Source: Pseudothermotoga sp. (GTDB lineage Bacteria > Thermotogota > Thermotogae > Thermotogales > DSM-5069). From it: 64,000 bases of DNA. Position numbers and translations under genes: made by a program. Position 1 is the stretch's first letter; each line of letters begins with the position of its first letter. Shown in pieces: positions 30,277 to 40,742 of this stretch. The DNA lies in the NCBI GenBank assembly GCA_031962025.1, contig JAVRKW010000001.1; one strand, given 5' to 3'. The notes beneath the pieces are model-generated. The model worked only from the letters and a program-made list of their open reading frames with translations, made no database searches and had not been told where the DNA came from.

Positions 30277-30307
30277 ATTATACCATATACGTTCTTGTGT
30301 CAAGAAC
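30277..30307 (-). promoter_or_regulatory. liv operon promoter with overlapping palindrome
   Basis: TTGACA (30303-30298), extended -10 TGGTATAAT (30285-30277); palindrome GTTCTTG-N3-CAAGAAC at 30291-30307. Confidence 0.65.
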
Positions 30308-30325
30308 TGATTTTGAATTGACTAC

Positions 30326-30356
30326 AAAACGCAAAAGGCGGAGGATGACCTCCGCC
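30326..30356 (-). terminator. Intrinsic terminator
   Basis: GGCGGAGG-N4-CCTCCGCC followed by TTTTGCGTTTT on the minus strand. Confidence 0.75.
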
Positions 30357-30859
30357 GTACTTTTGAAAAAACCATCATTTGTATTTGTTCTTTCAGATAT
30401 CTTTCTAAAAAAAGAATACAGATTTCAATTTTGATCTGAAAAATAACCACATAAAAACTGAATAAGAAGAATTCATCTTCTATAAAAAGTAAATTGCCAA
30501 AGACATCACTATGATATTTTTTAAATGATTCTGATTGAAACTCAATTAATCGCAACTTTCATCGTAGGTGAATGGTAGTTCACTGTTTAAATCCTGTGTT
30601 TTTTAAGTGATCTGTCCTTTAGTTTTTCAATAGATTTTCCAGCACCAAAAGATTAGACCTATGCCAATTATACGCACTTATCTTTGGATAGATCTACCCG
30701 ACAAGCTTGTCCATTATATATAATACGAAAGTGAAAAAAATAACAAATCGATCAAACTCTCATCCCGAGAGTTTTTTAAAGCATTTTTTGAAAAAAACTA
30801 CCTGTTTACGGTTGATTTAGAACTTAGTTGTCCATAAGGTTATTCTGAAATGATATATC

Positions 30860-31528
30860 CTATGTGTCCTTCCAGAATTGGCAGATGAGCTCTGCAAGAT
30901 CCAGATCTCCCGGTTCTGTAATTTTGAAGCAATACGGGTCAGCTTGGACTATTTTTACCTTTCTGTTGCTCAGAAAAACAGGTTTTGTGCCATCCTCTGC
31001 TTCGAATCTACTGATCGCTTGGATAATAATCTCGTACTCGAAAGCCTGTGGTGTTTGGATGCGATACAGAGATTCTCTGGGTATGTAGGAACTCACAAAA
31101 CCATCTTTGCAGTAAGCGACTGTGTCAAAAATTGGGACAGCGGCGGTAGCTGCCCCAAAGGTTTTCGCCTGCTGAATGACTTTATCAAGTAAATTCAGTC
31201 TCAAAAAAGGTCTTGCTGCATCGTGAAAGACTACTATCGATGGATTTATATCTCTGAGAAAATCAACTGCTATCAGCGAGGTTTCATGTCTTGTTTTTCC
31301 CCCTGTTAGTATCCATTTCACTTTTCTAAAGTTTTTCGCCATCTGTGTAACACTTTCTTTGTATCCATCAGGTATCATCACAAGGCAGAAATCCACCAGA
31401 GAGGATTTTTCAAAGGTTGAAAGTGAATAATAAAGAACGGGATGATCACCGATTTTGTAAAATTGTTTTGGGATATCTGTCTTTGCTCTGGTGCTTTTAC
31501 CAGCAGCCATTATTATACCTATTGTCAT
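30860..31528 (-). CDS. ispD: 2-C-methyl-D-erythritol 4-phosphate cytidylyltransferase
   Basis: AAGKSTR...PKQF, GGKTR, HDAARPF, QTPQAF, FKITEPGDL. Confidence 0.85.
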   Translation of the reverse strand: MTIGIIMAAGKSTRAKTDIPKQFYKIGDHPVLYYSLSTFEKSSLVDFCLVMIPDGYKESVTQMAKNFRKVKWILTGGKTRHETSLIAVDFLRDINPSIVVFHDAARPFLRLNLLDKVIQQAKTFGAATAAVPIFDTVAYCKDGFVSSYIPRESLYRIQTPQAFEYEIIIQAISRFEAEDGTKPVFLSNRKVKIVQADPYCFKITEPGDLDLAELICQFWKDT

Positions 31529-31572
31529 CTTTTCACCACCATATGTTAGAATACCAGAAGGGGGAGTGTTTT

Positions 31573-32169
31573 GTGGTAGATGCAAAAAAGTTAGAAGGTA
31601 TTATTTCCCAGATATCTGGTGTTACAGCCGTTCGGGTGGTACCCGATGGAGATAATTTGAGAGAAATACACGTGATAGCCGATTCGGCGAAAAATCCAAA
31701 GCAGATCGTTCGTGATGTGGAGACAGCCATACTGGCTTCTACCGGGTTGAGGATAGATAGAAAAATAATAAGTGTTGCCCAAATGTCCGGTGAGGTACGC
31801 ACTCATCCTGAGTATGTTGTTTCTTCTCTGACGACAGAGGACCTTGGCAAGAATTTGCGCGTAACAGTCACCGTGGAACACGGCGAAGATAAATATGAAG
31901 GTGTTGCCGAAGGTGCAAAAACAAGCATTCAGAAACTCAAAACGGCTGCGGCAGCAGTCATTTCAGCCTTTGACGAACTGACCGACAGTATTTACTCGGT
32001 TGATGACGTGCGCATTGTCACACTAGCCGGCAAGGAATTTCTCCTGTGCCATATAACCAGACTCGATAACGGTAAAGAAAAAAGTTTAGTTGGCACTGCC
32101 GAGCTTGAGAAGGATCCACTGTTAGCTGCTGCGAACGCTGCTCTTGAAATCCTGGTCAGATTTCAGTGA
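31573..32169 (+). CDS. Conserved hypothetical protein
   Basis: GTG after SD GGGGAG; EIHVIA...PKQIVRDVETA...IDRKIISVAQ N-terminal motif. Confidence 0.75.
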   Translation: MVDAKKLEGIISQISGVTAVRVVPDGDNLREIHVIADSAKNPKQIVRDVETAILASTGLRIDRKIISVAQMSGEVRTHPEYVVSSLTTEDLGKNLRVTVTVEHGEDKYEGVAEGAKTSIQKLKTAAAAVISAFDELTDSIYSVDDVRIVTLAGKEFLLCHITRLDNGKEKSLVGTAELEKDPLLAAANAALEILVRFQ

Positions 32170-32796
32170 ACCTTTATTGTCTAAGCAGTATTCGATAACA
32201 ACCTTCCTGTATGGTTCGACACCGATCGAATAGCTTTTGATGTCACGATGGCTTTTGGCGATTTCGTGTACTATACGCCTTTCAAAGGCAAACATCGGGT
32301 CTAAAGTGATCTTTCCTTTGCTGGCTCTGACCTGTTCAATCACCTGTTTAACCATGCGTTCAAGGTTTTTCTTTCTCCTTTCTCTGTATTCACCTGCGTC
32401 GACTATCACCGATAACTTTGTATCGCTCAATCTGTTGAGATAAATGGTGGCAATGTGCTGTAATGCAGCAAGGGTTTTTCCGTGCTTGCCAATCAATCTG
32501 CCAAGATCTTTCCCTTCAAGCTCGACTGAAAACCTCTTACCTGCGTACTGAATGTTGACTTTGATGTCTCCATATGTGCTCAGTATGTGATTCATGAACT
32601 GTTCAAGTTTTCTTTTATAAAAACCATTCTTTATTGTTATTTCAACGACTGCTTCCTTAGCCATGAGACCAAAGAAACCTTTTGAACCTTTTTCGATAAC
32701 AGTGTAATCAAATTCATCATCTTTGAGATCATATTGTTGCTTTGCTCTCTCAACAGCTTCTATTACGGTAGGTCCCGTGGCTTTCAGCTTTTTCAC
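32122..32796 (-). CDS. jag: Jag/EloR (KhpB) RNA-binding protein
   Basis: Jag_N, KH domain (LIGKHGKTLAALQ), R3H domain (ERRIVH). Confidence 0.93.
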   Translation of the reverse strand: MKKLKATGPTVIEAVERAKQQYDLKDDEFDYTVIEKGSKGFFGLMAKEAVVEITIKNGFYKRKLEQFMNHILSTYGDIKVNIQYAGKRFSVELEGKDLGRLIGKHGKTLAALQHIATIYLNRLSDTKLSVIVDAGEYRERRKKNLERMVKQVIEQVRASKGKITLDPMFAFERRIVHEIAKSHRDIKSYSIGVEPYRKVVIEYCLDNKGSLKSDQDFKSSVRSS

Positions 32797-32809
32797 CAGC
32801 TCTCACCCC

Positions 32810-34141
32810 TTAAGCTTTAGGCTTCAGACCAAGTAATTCTCTTGTCGTTATGCCTTTGATTTTGTATCGTTTATAGATATAGTAGGTGATTACAAGCTGA
32901 ATGACGGTGTTGAGAGTATAGTACAGGAACAAGCCACTTGGTAATCCAACGAACAGAAATGGGAAGATCACAGACATGAGAATTCCCTGCCAGGCACTCC
33001 TTGTGTCCTGACTTGTTATGAGTGTGTTGTAATAACTTGCGACTATTGTGATGATTATGAACAACGCGTTGGGTCCAAAACCCCCGATTGAAAGATCGTT
33101 CCAGAACAAAAACCTGCTGCCGAAAGCGAATTCTTCCTGAAAGTACCTTATCACTGCATAGAGCAAGAAGAATATGGGTAACTGTATGAGCAGCATAAGA
33201 CAACCGCTTGCAGGATTCACGCCTTCCTCTTTGTAGACTTTCATCAATTCCTCTTGCTGTTTGGCTGGGTCTTTGTACTTTTTTCTTACTGCTTCAATTT
33301 TCGGCTGGAGTTTTCTCATCTTTATCATCGATTTTGTCTGTGCATGATACAGTGGATATAGGACTAGTCTGACCACAATGGTGAAGATGACTATGGTCCA
33401 GCCAAAGTTCTTTGTCAGATCAAATAACCACCAGAAGAACCACACAAGCGGGTAGAAAATCGGGTCATACCACGATGAACTGCCGCTAATTTTCTTTATC
33501 TGTGCGAGCAGAATCGGATAATCGTCTTCGAATAATTTCTTTAGAAACACTCTTTTGTATGGTGCCATGTGAACCATTATTTTTCCAAAGCCGCTGACAG
33601 TCAATTTGTTGGAGACAAGATTTGCACCATTTGTCTTTGAAATGGAGATAATCCTGTTTTTCGGCGCAAATGACAGAAAATAGTCTTTGACAATACGGTC
33701 ATTTTCTTCATACCAGACCCTGGGCAGGGTGATTGTTACGGGGTTTTCTGTTTTGATCTCAACGACTATTAGGTACTCTGGTACGTTCTTGAAAGTTATT
33801 ATCTTTTGGACACCAGTTTCATATTCGTAGATCAACGACAGATCTCCAGAATACGTGTTTGGTGCCACCATGGTCCCTTTGATACTGGTCGAAGTTACAT
33901 TCAAAGGAGAACCGTCTATCGAGAACAGCTCAAGACCGTCACCATCTGACTGAAAGATGTGAAGTTTTCTGTCGAGTGTTAGATAGACATTGACAAGATC
34001 ACCTTTGCTGTTCAGCTCAAATTCATTGAACCGCGTTACGACCCTCAGCCCATTCTCGAGGTTTGTCACCTGAATTTCATTTTTCGAGAAAGCAAAGATC
34101 ACAGAAATAACGAGTAATGTGAAAATAATCCATTTTCTCAA
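32810..34141 (-). CDS. yidC: Membrane protein insertase YidC
   Basis: [35 protein letters not shown]. Confidence 0.95.
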   Translation of the reverse strand: MRKWIIFTLLVISVIFAFSKNEIQVTNLENGLRVVTRFNEFELNSKGDLVNVYLTLDRKLHIFQSDGDGLELFSIDGSPLNVTSTSIKGTMVAPNTYSGDLSLIYEYETGVQKIITFKNVPEYLIVVEIKTENPVTITLPRVWYEENDRIVKDYFLSFAPKNRIISISKTNGANLVSNKLTVSGFGKIMVHMAPYKRVFLKKLFEDDYPILLAQIKKISGSSSWYDPIFYPLVWFFWWLFDLTKNFGWTIVIFTIVVRLVLYPLYHAQTKSMIKMRKLQPKIEAVRKKYKDPAKQQEELMKVYKEEGVNPASGCLMLLIQLPIFFLLYAVIRYFQEEFAFGSRFLFWNDLSIGGFGPNALFIIITIVASYYNTLITSQDTRSAWQGILMSVIFPFLFVGLPSGLFLYYTLNTVIQLVITYYIYKRYKIKGITTRELLGLKPKA

Positions 34142-34377
34142 GTCGATCTCCTCCTCAGTGTGAATTTTTCTGGCACAGGATCATGCCCTCCGGGGTTTAA
34201 AGGATTGCATCTGATAATTCTTAAAAGTGCAAGATAACCTCCCTTGAGTACTCCAAAACGTTCAATTGCCTGTATGGCATAGGTTGAACAGGTAGGAGTA
34301 AACCTGCATGTCGGTGGTTTAAGTGGAGAAATGTATTTTTGGTAAAAACGTATCAGTGACACAAGTGCCTTTTTCAT
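34138..34377 (-). CDS. yidD: Membrane protein insertion efficiency factor YidD
   Basis: [29 protein letters not shown]. Confidence 0.96.
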   Translation of the reverse strand: MKKALVSLIRFYQKYISPLKPPTCRFTPTCSTYAIQAIERFGVLKGGYLALLRIIRCNPLNPGGHDPVPEKFTLRRRST

Positions 34378-34730
34378 ATCTCGATCCTCTTTAACAGATC
34401 GTATAGTTCTCTTCGAACAAAGGAATAAGATAGACTCCCAAAGACTTCCGACAGGGATTTTCTAGGAAGGATGACTATATCAAATCCCTTCGGTAAATCG
34501 TTTTTCATCAATCTATAGGCTTCTTTTATCCAGCGACGAATCTTATTTCTCTGATGAGCTTTGCCAAATTTCCTTCTAACCATCACGGCTATCCTATTGT
34601 ATTCAAAGCCGTTTTTAATGTACATAACAGTGAAAAAATCACTTTGAAGAGCCTTCCCTTCCTTGAACACCCTGTCGAAGTCTCTGGTCAGTCTCAAACG
34701 CTCCGCCTTGGGTAGAGAGAAATCGTTCAA
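34374..34730 (-). CDS. rnpA: Ribonuclease P protein component
   Basis: ERL...[16 protein letters not shown]; probable TTG start overlapping the rpmH stop. Confidence 0.94.
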   Translation of the reverse strand: MNDFSLPKAERLRLTRDFDRVFKEGKALQSDFFTVMYIKNGFEYNRIAVMVRRKFGKAHQRNKIRRWIKEAYRLMKNDLPKGFDIVILPRKSLSEVFGSLSYSFVRRELYDLLKRIEI

Positions 34731-34861
34731 ACGGCTATTCTCCATCTACCTTTTGCGCGTCTGCGAGCCAGAACTTTTCGACCGGATGGAGTTCTCGATC
34801 TTGCCAGAAAACCATGAGTCTTCTGCCTTTTTCTGCGATTGGGTTGATAAGTTCTCTTCAT
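34727..34861 (-). CDS. rpmH: 50S ribosomal protein L34
   Basis: [52 protein letters not shown]; too short for the ORF track. Confidence 0.98.
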   Translation of the reverse strand: MKRTYQPNRRKRQKTHGFLARSRTPSGRKVLARRRAKGRWRIAV

Positions 34862-34923
34862 CCTTGATCCTCCTTCTAAATCTTATAGCCTTTGCCATTG
34901 TACCACATGTCATGGTCTTGTGG

Positions 34924-35976
34924 TCAACCAATTCTATTCTTAATCATACCAATTGCCGACGCAATTGCCAATGCCCTTTTTTCACCTATGCCATCCACAG
35001 ATTGAAGACTGTCGATGGTTGCTTCGCTGAGTAATTTGAGATTCTTGAAGGTTTTAACAACCTTTGTGGAAATGCTTATTGGAATTTTGGCAGTGTACTT
35101 CAGCACTCTGTATCCACGCGGATACAGAACAACTTCACCAGCTTGAGCCAGATTTTGAATATCAACCCCAAGAGCTCGAATGATTCTCAAAAGAGAGACT
35201 TCTTTATCTTCTCCAAGTCTTTTGATTAATTCTCGAGCCTGGTCCAGGTCCAGATCTTTTTGTGAGTAATCCATTACCAATAGACATGTTATATCTTCCA
35301 CATCTTGCAAAATTTCCTCCAATTGCATACTCATTAACTTGCCTTCTTCACCCAGCTCAACCAGATAGGGATATGTCTCTTCGTAAGTTTTCATTATGAT
35401 TAATGCCTTTTCAATGGCGCGAGCGACATCATATATCGAAACTCCCGAATGAAATTCGTTGATTTCTATTTCAGAAACGATTTTATCAAAATTGGTCCTG
35501 TATTTTTCAAGGGTATTTATGGCTTGGGATACTCTTGCCATTAAGATGCGAGTGTCGTTCATCACATACTTATATTCACCCCAGTAAAGTGAAATCACAT
35601 TTCTCCTCTTGGATATTGCAACAACCATTTTCCCCGTTTGCTTTGCCACTCGCTCGGCTGTTCGATGTCTCATGCCGGTCTCCAAGGTTGGAATCATCGG
35701 ATCAGGCACAAGATGAACATTTGCAAAGAGTATTTTTGAGAGATCTTCCGAAACAACTATTGCTCCATCCATTTTCGCTAGTTCATAAAGCCTCTCCGGC
35801 GAGAAGGTACAGTCTAAATCAAATCCTCCTTGAATTATATCTTCATATTTTTGAGGATCATCGACGAAAAAGAGCAATGCGCCGAGGTTCGCCGATATGA
35901 TATCGTCCAGAGCCTTTCTCAGTTTCGTCCCAGGTGAAAGAAGGGCGATTTTACCGAGCAACTCATCTGGTATCAG
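34924..35976 (-). CDS. disA: DNA integrity scanning diadenylate cyclase DisA
   Basis: ELAKMDGA, TGMRHRTA, C-terminal HhH (VDGIGEKRA); start probably CTG 35976, alternatively TTG 35961. Confidence 0.95.
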   Translation of the reverse strand: MIPDELLGKIALLSPGTKLRKALDDIISANLGALLFFVDDPQKYEDIIQGGFDLDCTFSPERLYELAKMDGAIVVSEDLSKILFANVHLVPDPMIPTLETGMRHRTAERVAKQTGKMVVAISKRRNVISLYWGEYKYVMNDTRILMARVSQAINTLEKYRTNFDKIVSEIEINEFHSGVSIYDVARAIEKALIIMKTYEETYPYLVELGEEGKLMSMQLEEILQDVEDITCLLVMDYSQKDLDLDQARELIKRLGEDKEVSLLRIIRALGVDIQNLAQAGEVVLYPRGYRVLKYTAKIPISISTKVVKTFKNLKLLSEATIDSLQSVDGIGEKRALAIASAIGMIKNRIG

Positions 35977-35977
35977 A

Positions 35978-37294
35978 TCAAGTCACCCCCAATGCCCTGC
36001 CAAGTTCCTGCACAGAACTGATTTTTCGAATATCATCCTCTTTAAACTCCGCAGTTTTGGGAACGATTATCGAGTTAATACCGATTTTTCTGATCGCTTC
36101 GATTCTCGATCTCATGCGATGAACATGCTTGACAGAACCATCTAAGCTCACTTCACCGATCAATGCTGTTCTGCCAATCTGTTTGTCTAACATCGAAGAC
36201 AATAATGCTCCAACAACAGCCGCATCAATCCCGGGATCGGTGATCTTTAAACCTCCCAGTATATTCACATACACATCGTGTGATTCTATGGCTAAATGCA
36301 TATGCCTTCCAATCACTGCTATCAGCAAAAGTAACCTTGTTGTTTCAAAGCCATTGCTTACTCGCCTTGGCATGGTACTTTTGGCTCTGGAAACGAGTGC
36401 TTGAACCTGCACCACAAAAGTTCGAGATCCCTCGACTGCACAGGTCAAACAGTTGCCTGGTAACTGGTCCTGTGCATCGTAAAAAGTCGGATTGACAACC
36501 TGTTTGAGACCTTCTTCGGTCATTTCGAAAATTGCTACCTCTCCAGATGGACCAAAGCGATTTTTCATGATTCTCAGAATTCTCAATTCTGTGTTTCTTT
36601 CTCCTTCAAAATAGACAACTGTATCGACTAAATGTTCAACCAGTTTTGGACCTGATATTTCACCGCTTTTAGTTATATGTGCTATCAGTATACCTGGAAC
36701 AGATAATTCTTTGCATTTACTGATTATTTTCTCGGCGCATGTGCGAATCTGTAAAATGCTACCCGGGTACGTGCCCACTTCGGGTGAGTACATCGTTTGA
36801 AGTGAATCGACCACAAGCAGAGCATAATTTTGATTGAGTGAATCAAGTACCTGTTCCAGGTCATTTTCAGAACAAATCATGATATTCTCGGTGCCATCAC
36901 AGGAAAGTCTTTGAGCTCTGATGGCTATCTGATCTGCCGATTCTTCTGCAGCGACGTATAAAGTTCCCAGCCCATTCTTTGAGAACTGATTGCATATCTC
37001 GAGTGCCAAGGTGCTCTTGCCAACACCAGGTTCTCCACCGAGCAAGAGCACCTGTCCAGGAAGAATTCCTCCACCAAGAGCTATATCGAGCTCGGTAAAA
37101 CCAGTACTGAGCCTTCCGATTACCTTGGAAGATCTCACAACCTGATTCAGGCTGACAATCGGTGTTTTATTTTTCACCGTCTGCGTTTTCAGTTCAGTCG
37201 CAGTGTTCCATTCACCGCAATTTGGACATCTGCCGAACCATTTCACCGATTCATAACCGCAGTTGGTGCAGACAAAATAACTCTTTTCTTTCAT
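35978..37294 (-). CDS. radA: DNA repair protein RadA/Sms
   Basis: CxxC-CxxC zinc finger, GEPGVGKST, KNRFG. Confidence 0.97.
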   Translation of the reverse strand: MKEKSYFVCTNCGYESVKWFGRCPNCGEWNTATELKTQTVKNKTPIVSLNQVVRSSKVIGRLSTGFTELDIALGGGILPGQVLLLGGEPGVGKSTLALEICNQFSKNGLGTLYVAAEESADQIAIRAQRLSCDGTENIMICSENDLEQVLDSLNQNYALLVVDSLQTMYSPEVGTYPGSILQIRTCAEKIISKCKELSVPGILIAHITKSGEISGPKLVEHLVDTVVYFEGERNTELRILRIMKNRFGPSGEVAIFEMTEEGLKQVVNPTFYDAQDQLPGNCLTCAVEGSRTFVVQVQALVSRAKSTMPRRVSNGFETTRLLLLIAVIGRHMHLAIESHDVYVNILGGLKITDPGIDAAVVGALLSSMLDKQIGRTALIGEVSLDGSVKHVHRMRSRIEAIRKIGINSIIVPKTAEFKEDDIRKISSVQELGRALGVT

Positions 37295-39741
37295 CTTTTG
37301 AGCACACCTGTTCTGTGTTTTCTTTTGATGAACTTCAAACCGTTCTCGTCGGCTTTACAGATTACAGTGTCCATTGGACCAAATTTTCCCCTGAGAATTT
37401 CTTCTGCAAGAGGATCTTCTAAATATTGTTGAATAGCTCGCTTCAAAGGTCTTGCGCCGAAGATCGGATCATATCCTTTTTGAATCAGAAATTCTTTTGC
37501 TTCTTTGGTCAATTTCAATGTGATTCCCTTACTTGAAAGTCTTTCCTGAACATCAGAGACAAGTATATCGATGATCTTCTCCACATGTTCGCGCGTCAGT
37601 GAGTGGAACACTATGATTTCATCTATTCTGTTGAGAAACTCCGGTCTGAAAGTTTTCTTAACTTCCTCCAGGACCAGTTCTTTCATTTGTTGATAATCTT
37701 TTTGTGCATCTTCCAAGGAGACAAAACCCATAGTCTTTTTTGATTTGTTTATGAGAGTGCCTCCTATGTTACTTGTCATCACAACGATTGTGTTTTTGAA
37801 ATCAACTTCTCTTCCCTGAGAATCTGTCAATCTTCCATCGTCCATTATCTGCAAAAGAATGTTGAACACATCGGGATGTGCTTTTTCTATTTCATCGAAC
37901 AGGATCACCGAGAATGGTCTTCTTCTCACTCTCTCGGTGAGTGTTCCACCTTCTTCATAACCAACATATCCAGGAGGTGCACCGATCAGCCTTGAAACTG
38001 AAAACCGTTCCATGTATTCACTCATATCGAATCTGAGCAAAGCCTTTTCATCGCCAAACAGATGTGCGGCAAGTACCTTTGCCAGTTCTGTCTTTCCCAC
38101 ACCGGTTGGTCCAAGGAATAGAAAAACACCTATAGGTCTTCTTGGATCCTTCAAGCCGCTTCTCGCCCTTCTTATTGCTTTTGAAATAGCCTTTATGGCT
38201 TCATCCTGCCCGACTATTCGCTGGTGGAGAGCCTTTTCAAGGTTCAGCAATTTCATACTTTCGCTTTCTTCCAGTTTCATCAAAGGTATACCTGTCCATC
38301 CCGAAACGACTTCGGCTATCTGATCGACATCGACAGTCACTATTGATGACTCAACAGATTTTCGCCATTGCTCGTATCTGTCCATGTACTGCTGATTGAG
38401 ATCTTTTTCCTGTTCCTTTAGCTCTGCCGCTTTTTCATAATCTTGATTGAGTACCGCCAGTTCCTTGTTCGATTTGACATCTTCCAGTTGTTTTTTCAAT
38501 TGCTGTAACTCAGGTGGGATTACAAAACTCTTTAATCGAGCCCTGGCTGCAGCCTCGTCTATCACATCAATGGCTTTGTCTGGTAAGAAATGATCTGTTA
38601 TATACCTTTTTGAAAGATAAACCGCGGCTTCGAGTGCGCTATCAGTGTATCTGACTCTGTGGTGAGATTCGTATTTATACCTGAGTCCTTTGAGTATATT
38701 GAGTGTTTCCTCAACGGTCGGTTCCCTGACGTAGATTTTTTGGAATCTCCTTTCCAGTGCGGCATCCTTTTCGATGTATTTTCTGTATTCGTCCGGGGTT
38801 GTGGCACCTATACACCTGATCTCACCACGTGCAAGAGCCGGTTTCAGTATATTCGCAGCATCTACAGCGCCTTCTGCAGAACCAGCACCGACTATTGTGT
38901 GAACTTCATCTATGAAAAGAATGATATTTGGATCTTTAGTAACGATCTGGAGCAACTTCTTCATTCTCTTCTCAAATTCACCACGGTATTTTGTACCAGC
39001 CACGAGTGCCGCCACATCGAGGGAAAATATCGTCTTATGTTTGAGAGGTTCCGGCACTTCACCGGCAACGATTCTCTGCGCAAGTCCTTCAACTATAGCC
39101 GTCTTGCCGATCCCTGGCTCACCGATCAGTACCGGATTGTTCTTCTTTCTGCGAACGAGGACCTGCATGACCCTTTCTATTTCTTCTTCTCTTCCGATTA
39201 CTGGATCCAGCTGATTTTTCATTGCAAGAGCAGTTAAATCTATTCCAAATCCTTCTAAATGTCTTACCGAAGCATTTTCGATCGTTCTGTCGCCTTCAAA
39301 TTCTGTGCTCTTTGGTGAAGCATTCTCAACGATTACTTTTCTGAGATTTCCAAGATCGATACCCATTTTCCTGAGTACATGAACAGCAATGCCTTCTCCT
39401 TCTCTTATGATACCGAGTAGTATGTGCTCTGGATGAATCTTATCGCTTCCAAGGTATTTTGCTTCTTCATACGCCAGCTCGATAACTCTTTTGGCACGTG
39501 GAGTCATCTGTGGGGAACTTGAAAATCCACGCATACCCATACCGACCATTGAAATAACCTCGTTTTTGGTTCGAGCATAGGTTATACCCATCTCGGCAAA
39601 GGCATCGACAATGGGCAGATCCTGTTTCAATATCGCCAAAAGTATATGTTCTGTTCCAACATATGAATGTCCCATTTCCTTGGCTTCGTTTTGAGCCTCA
39701 ACAAAAACCTGTGCCGATCTCTCAGAAAATCTGTCAAACAT
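37291..39741 (-). CDS. clpC: ATP-dependent Clp protease ATP-binding subunit ClpC
   Basis: Clp_N repeats, [11 protein letters not shown] coil, [15 protein letters not shown]. Confidence 0.96.
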   Translation of the reverse strand: MFDRFSERSAQVFVEAQNEAKEMGHSYVGTEHILLAILKQDLPIVDAFAEMGITYARTKNEVISMVGMGMRGFSSSPQMTPRAKRVIELAYEEAKYLGSDKIHPEHILLGIIREGEGIAVHVLRKMGIDLGNLRKVIVENASPKSTEFEGDRTIENASVRHLEGFGIDLTALAMKNQLDPVIGREEEIERVMQVLVRRKKNNPVLIGEPGIGKTAIVEGLAQRIVAGEVPEPLKHKTIFSLDVAALVAGTKYRGEFEKRMKKLLQIVTKDPNIILFIDEVHTIVGAGSAEGAVDAANILKPALARGEIRCIGATTPDEYRKYIEKDAALERRFQKIYVREPTVEETLNILKGLRYKYESHHRVRYTDSALEAAVYLSKRYITDHFLPDKAIDVIDEAAARARLKSFVIPPELQQLKKQLEDVKSNKELAVLNQDYEKAAELKEQEKDLNQQYMDRYEQWRKSVESSIVTVDVDQIAEVVSGWTGIPLMKLEESESMKLLNLEKALHQRIVGQDEAIKAISKAIRRARSGLKDPRRPIGVFLFLGPTGVGKTELAKVLAAHLFGDEKALLRFDMSEYMERFSVSRLIGAPPGYVGYEEGGTLTERVRRRPFSVILFDEIEKAHPDVFNILLQIMDDGRLTDSQGREVDFKNTIVVMTSNIGGTLINKSKKTMGFVSLEDAQKDYQQMKELVLEEVKKTFRPEFLNRIDEIIVFHSLTREHVEKIIDILVSDVQERLSSKGITLKLTKEAKEFLIQKGYDPIFGARPLKRAIQQYLEDPLAEEILRGKFGPMDTVICKADENGLKFIKRKHRTGVLKR

Positions 39742-39755
39742 TTGTATCACCCCTT

Positions 39756-40334
39756 TCAAGTCAAGAAACTGACCACAAGAGCTACTGTGTTGTTGAGACA
39801 GTGTATCACCATTGGCGGGATAACCGATCCAGAGATTTCTCTAACGATACCCAGAACTATTGACATCACAAAGATCTGCGGGAAAATCTCAAGCGGGTGG
39901 AAAAATGAAAAAAACAGGGCGGTAATCAATATCGCCGAGTTAACGTTCATTTTACTTCGCGCGATTTTCTGGGTGTAACCTCTGAAAGCCATTTCTTCAG
40001 AAACCGGTCCGAGAAATGTTATCACTATAGCTGTGATTGCATCGATTTTTTGTGTTTGGGTAGTCACACCAGTTGCTGGAAAAAGAAAACCAACTATTGC
40101 CATTAAGATGTATATCAGTGGTAAAAATAGCACGCTTTTTATTATCCATCTGCCGTTTAGTCTGAAAAGATCCGATAATTTCTCACCACTTTTCACGGTG
40201 AAATACAGACTAACCACAAAAATTGTGGCATACCATGTTGCGATAAGCCACATGTTTGGAAAGTAATATGCCATTGTTGAACCTATCCATAACATTGCCA
40301 GAAATATCATAAATCTCACTACTGACTTACTCAC
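39756..40334 (-). CDS. CPBP (Abi/CAAX) intramembrane metalloprotease
   Basis: EEMAFRG, FSFFH, HCLNN. Confidence 0.9.
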   Translation of the reverse strand: MSKSVVRFMIFLAMLWIGSTMAYYFPNMWLIATWYATIFVVSLYFTVKSGEKLSDLFRLNGRWIIKSVLFLPLIYILMAIVGFLFPATGVTTQTQKIDAITAIVITFLGPVSEEMAFRGYTQKIARSKMNVNSAILITALFFSFFHPLEIFPQIFVMSIVLGIVREISGSVIPPMVIHCLNNTVALVVSFLT

Positions 40335-40370
40335 CTTTGATTTCTCCTCATTACAATTTTATCATACAAC

Positions 40371-40396
40371 AAAAACCAGCACCACGCAGGTGCTGG
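40371..40396 (-). terminator. Intrinsic terminator downstream of rpsT
   Basis: CCAGCACC-N5-GGTGCTGG followed by TTTTT on the minus strand. Confidence 0.75.
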
Positions 40397-40455
40397 AACA
40401 GGTTAGAAAAACAGCTTAAATCTTTTTGTGAACTATTTTCATCTACAACAGCTAA

Positions 40456-40728
40456 TCAGTTAGACACCTTCACAGCTTTCATAAGGCGTGACTTTCTTCG
40501 AGCTGCCTGATTTTTGTGAATAACACCTTTGGAAGCTGCTTTGTCAATCGATGAAATGGCTGTTTTCAGCAACCTGTCCACATTTTCACTTGATTCTTTT
40601 GCTTTAACAGCCTCGAGCAATCTTTTGATTGCATTCTTCATTCTGGTTTTATACGCTTTATTTCTTACTTTTCTTCTGAGTGCTTCTTCAGCCCTTTTTA
40701 CAACAGATCTGCTTACCTTCTTTGCCAT
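40456..40728 (-). CDS. rpsT: 30S ribosomal protein S20
   Basis: IDKAASKGVIHKNQAARRKSRL. Confidence 0.96.
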   Translation of the reverse strand: MAKKVSRSVVKRAEEALRRKVRNKAYKTRMKNAIKRLLEAVKAKESSENVDRLLKTAISSIDKAASKGVIHKNQAARRKSRLMKAVKVSN

Positions 40729-40742
40729 TTATTCTTCCTCCT

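Noticed and set aside
30230..30360. T-box, riboswitch or attenuator upstream of the liv operon
   Set aside because: The terminator lies upstream of the apparent promoter, and no T-box consensus or leader peptide was found
30322..30555. 77-aa Phe-rich ORF
   Set aside because: AT-rich low-complexity frame running through a terminator; no SD or motif
30360..30859. Possible oriC (AT-rich, near the rpmH-jag cluster, TTGTCCAT twice)
   Set aside because: No dnaA nearby and no convincing array of DnaA boxes; a GC-skew analysis would be needed
34746..34931. 61-aa ORF from the track
   Set aside because: Wrong frame; the real gene here is rpmH (34861-34727)
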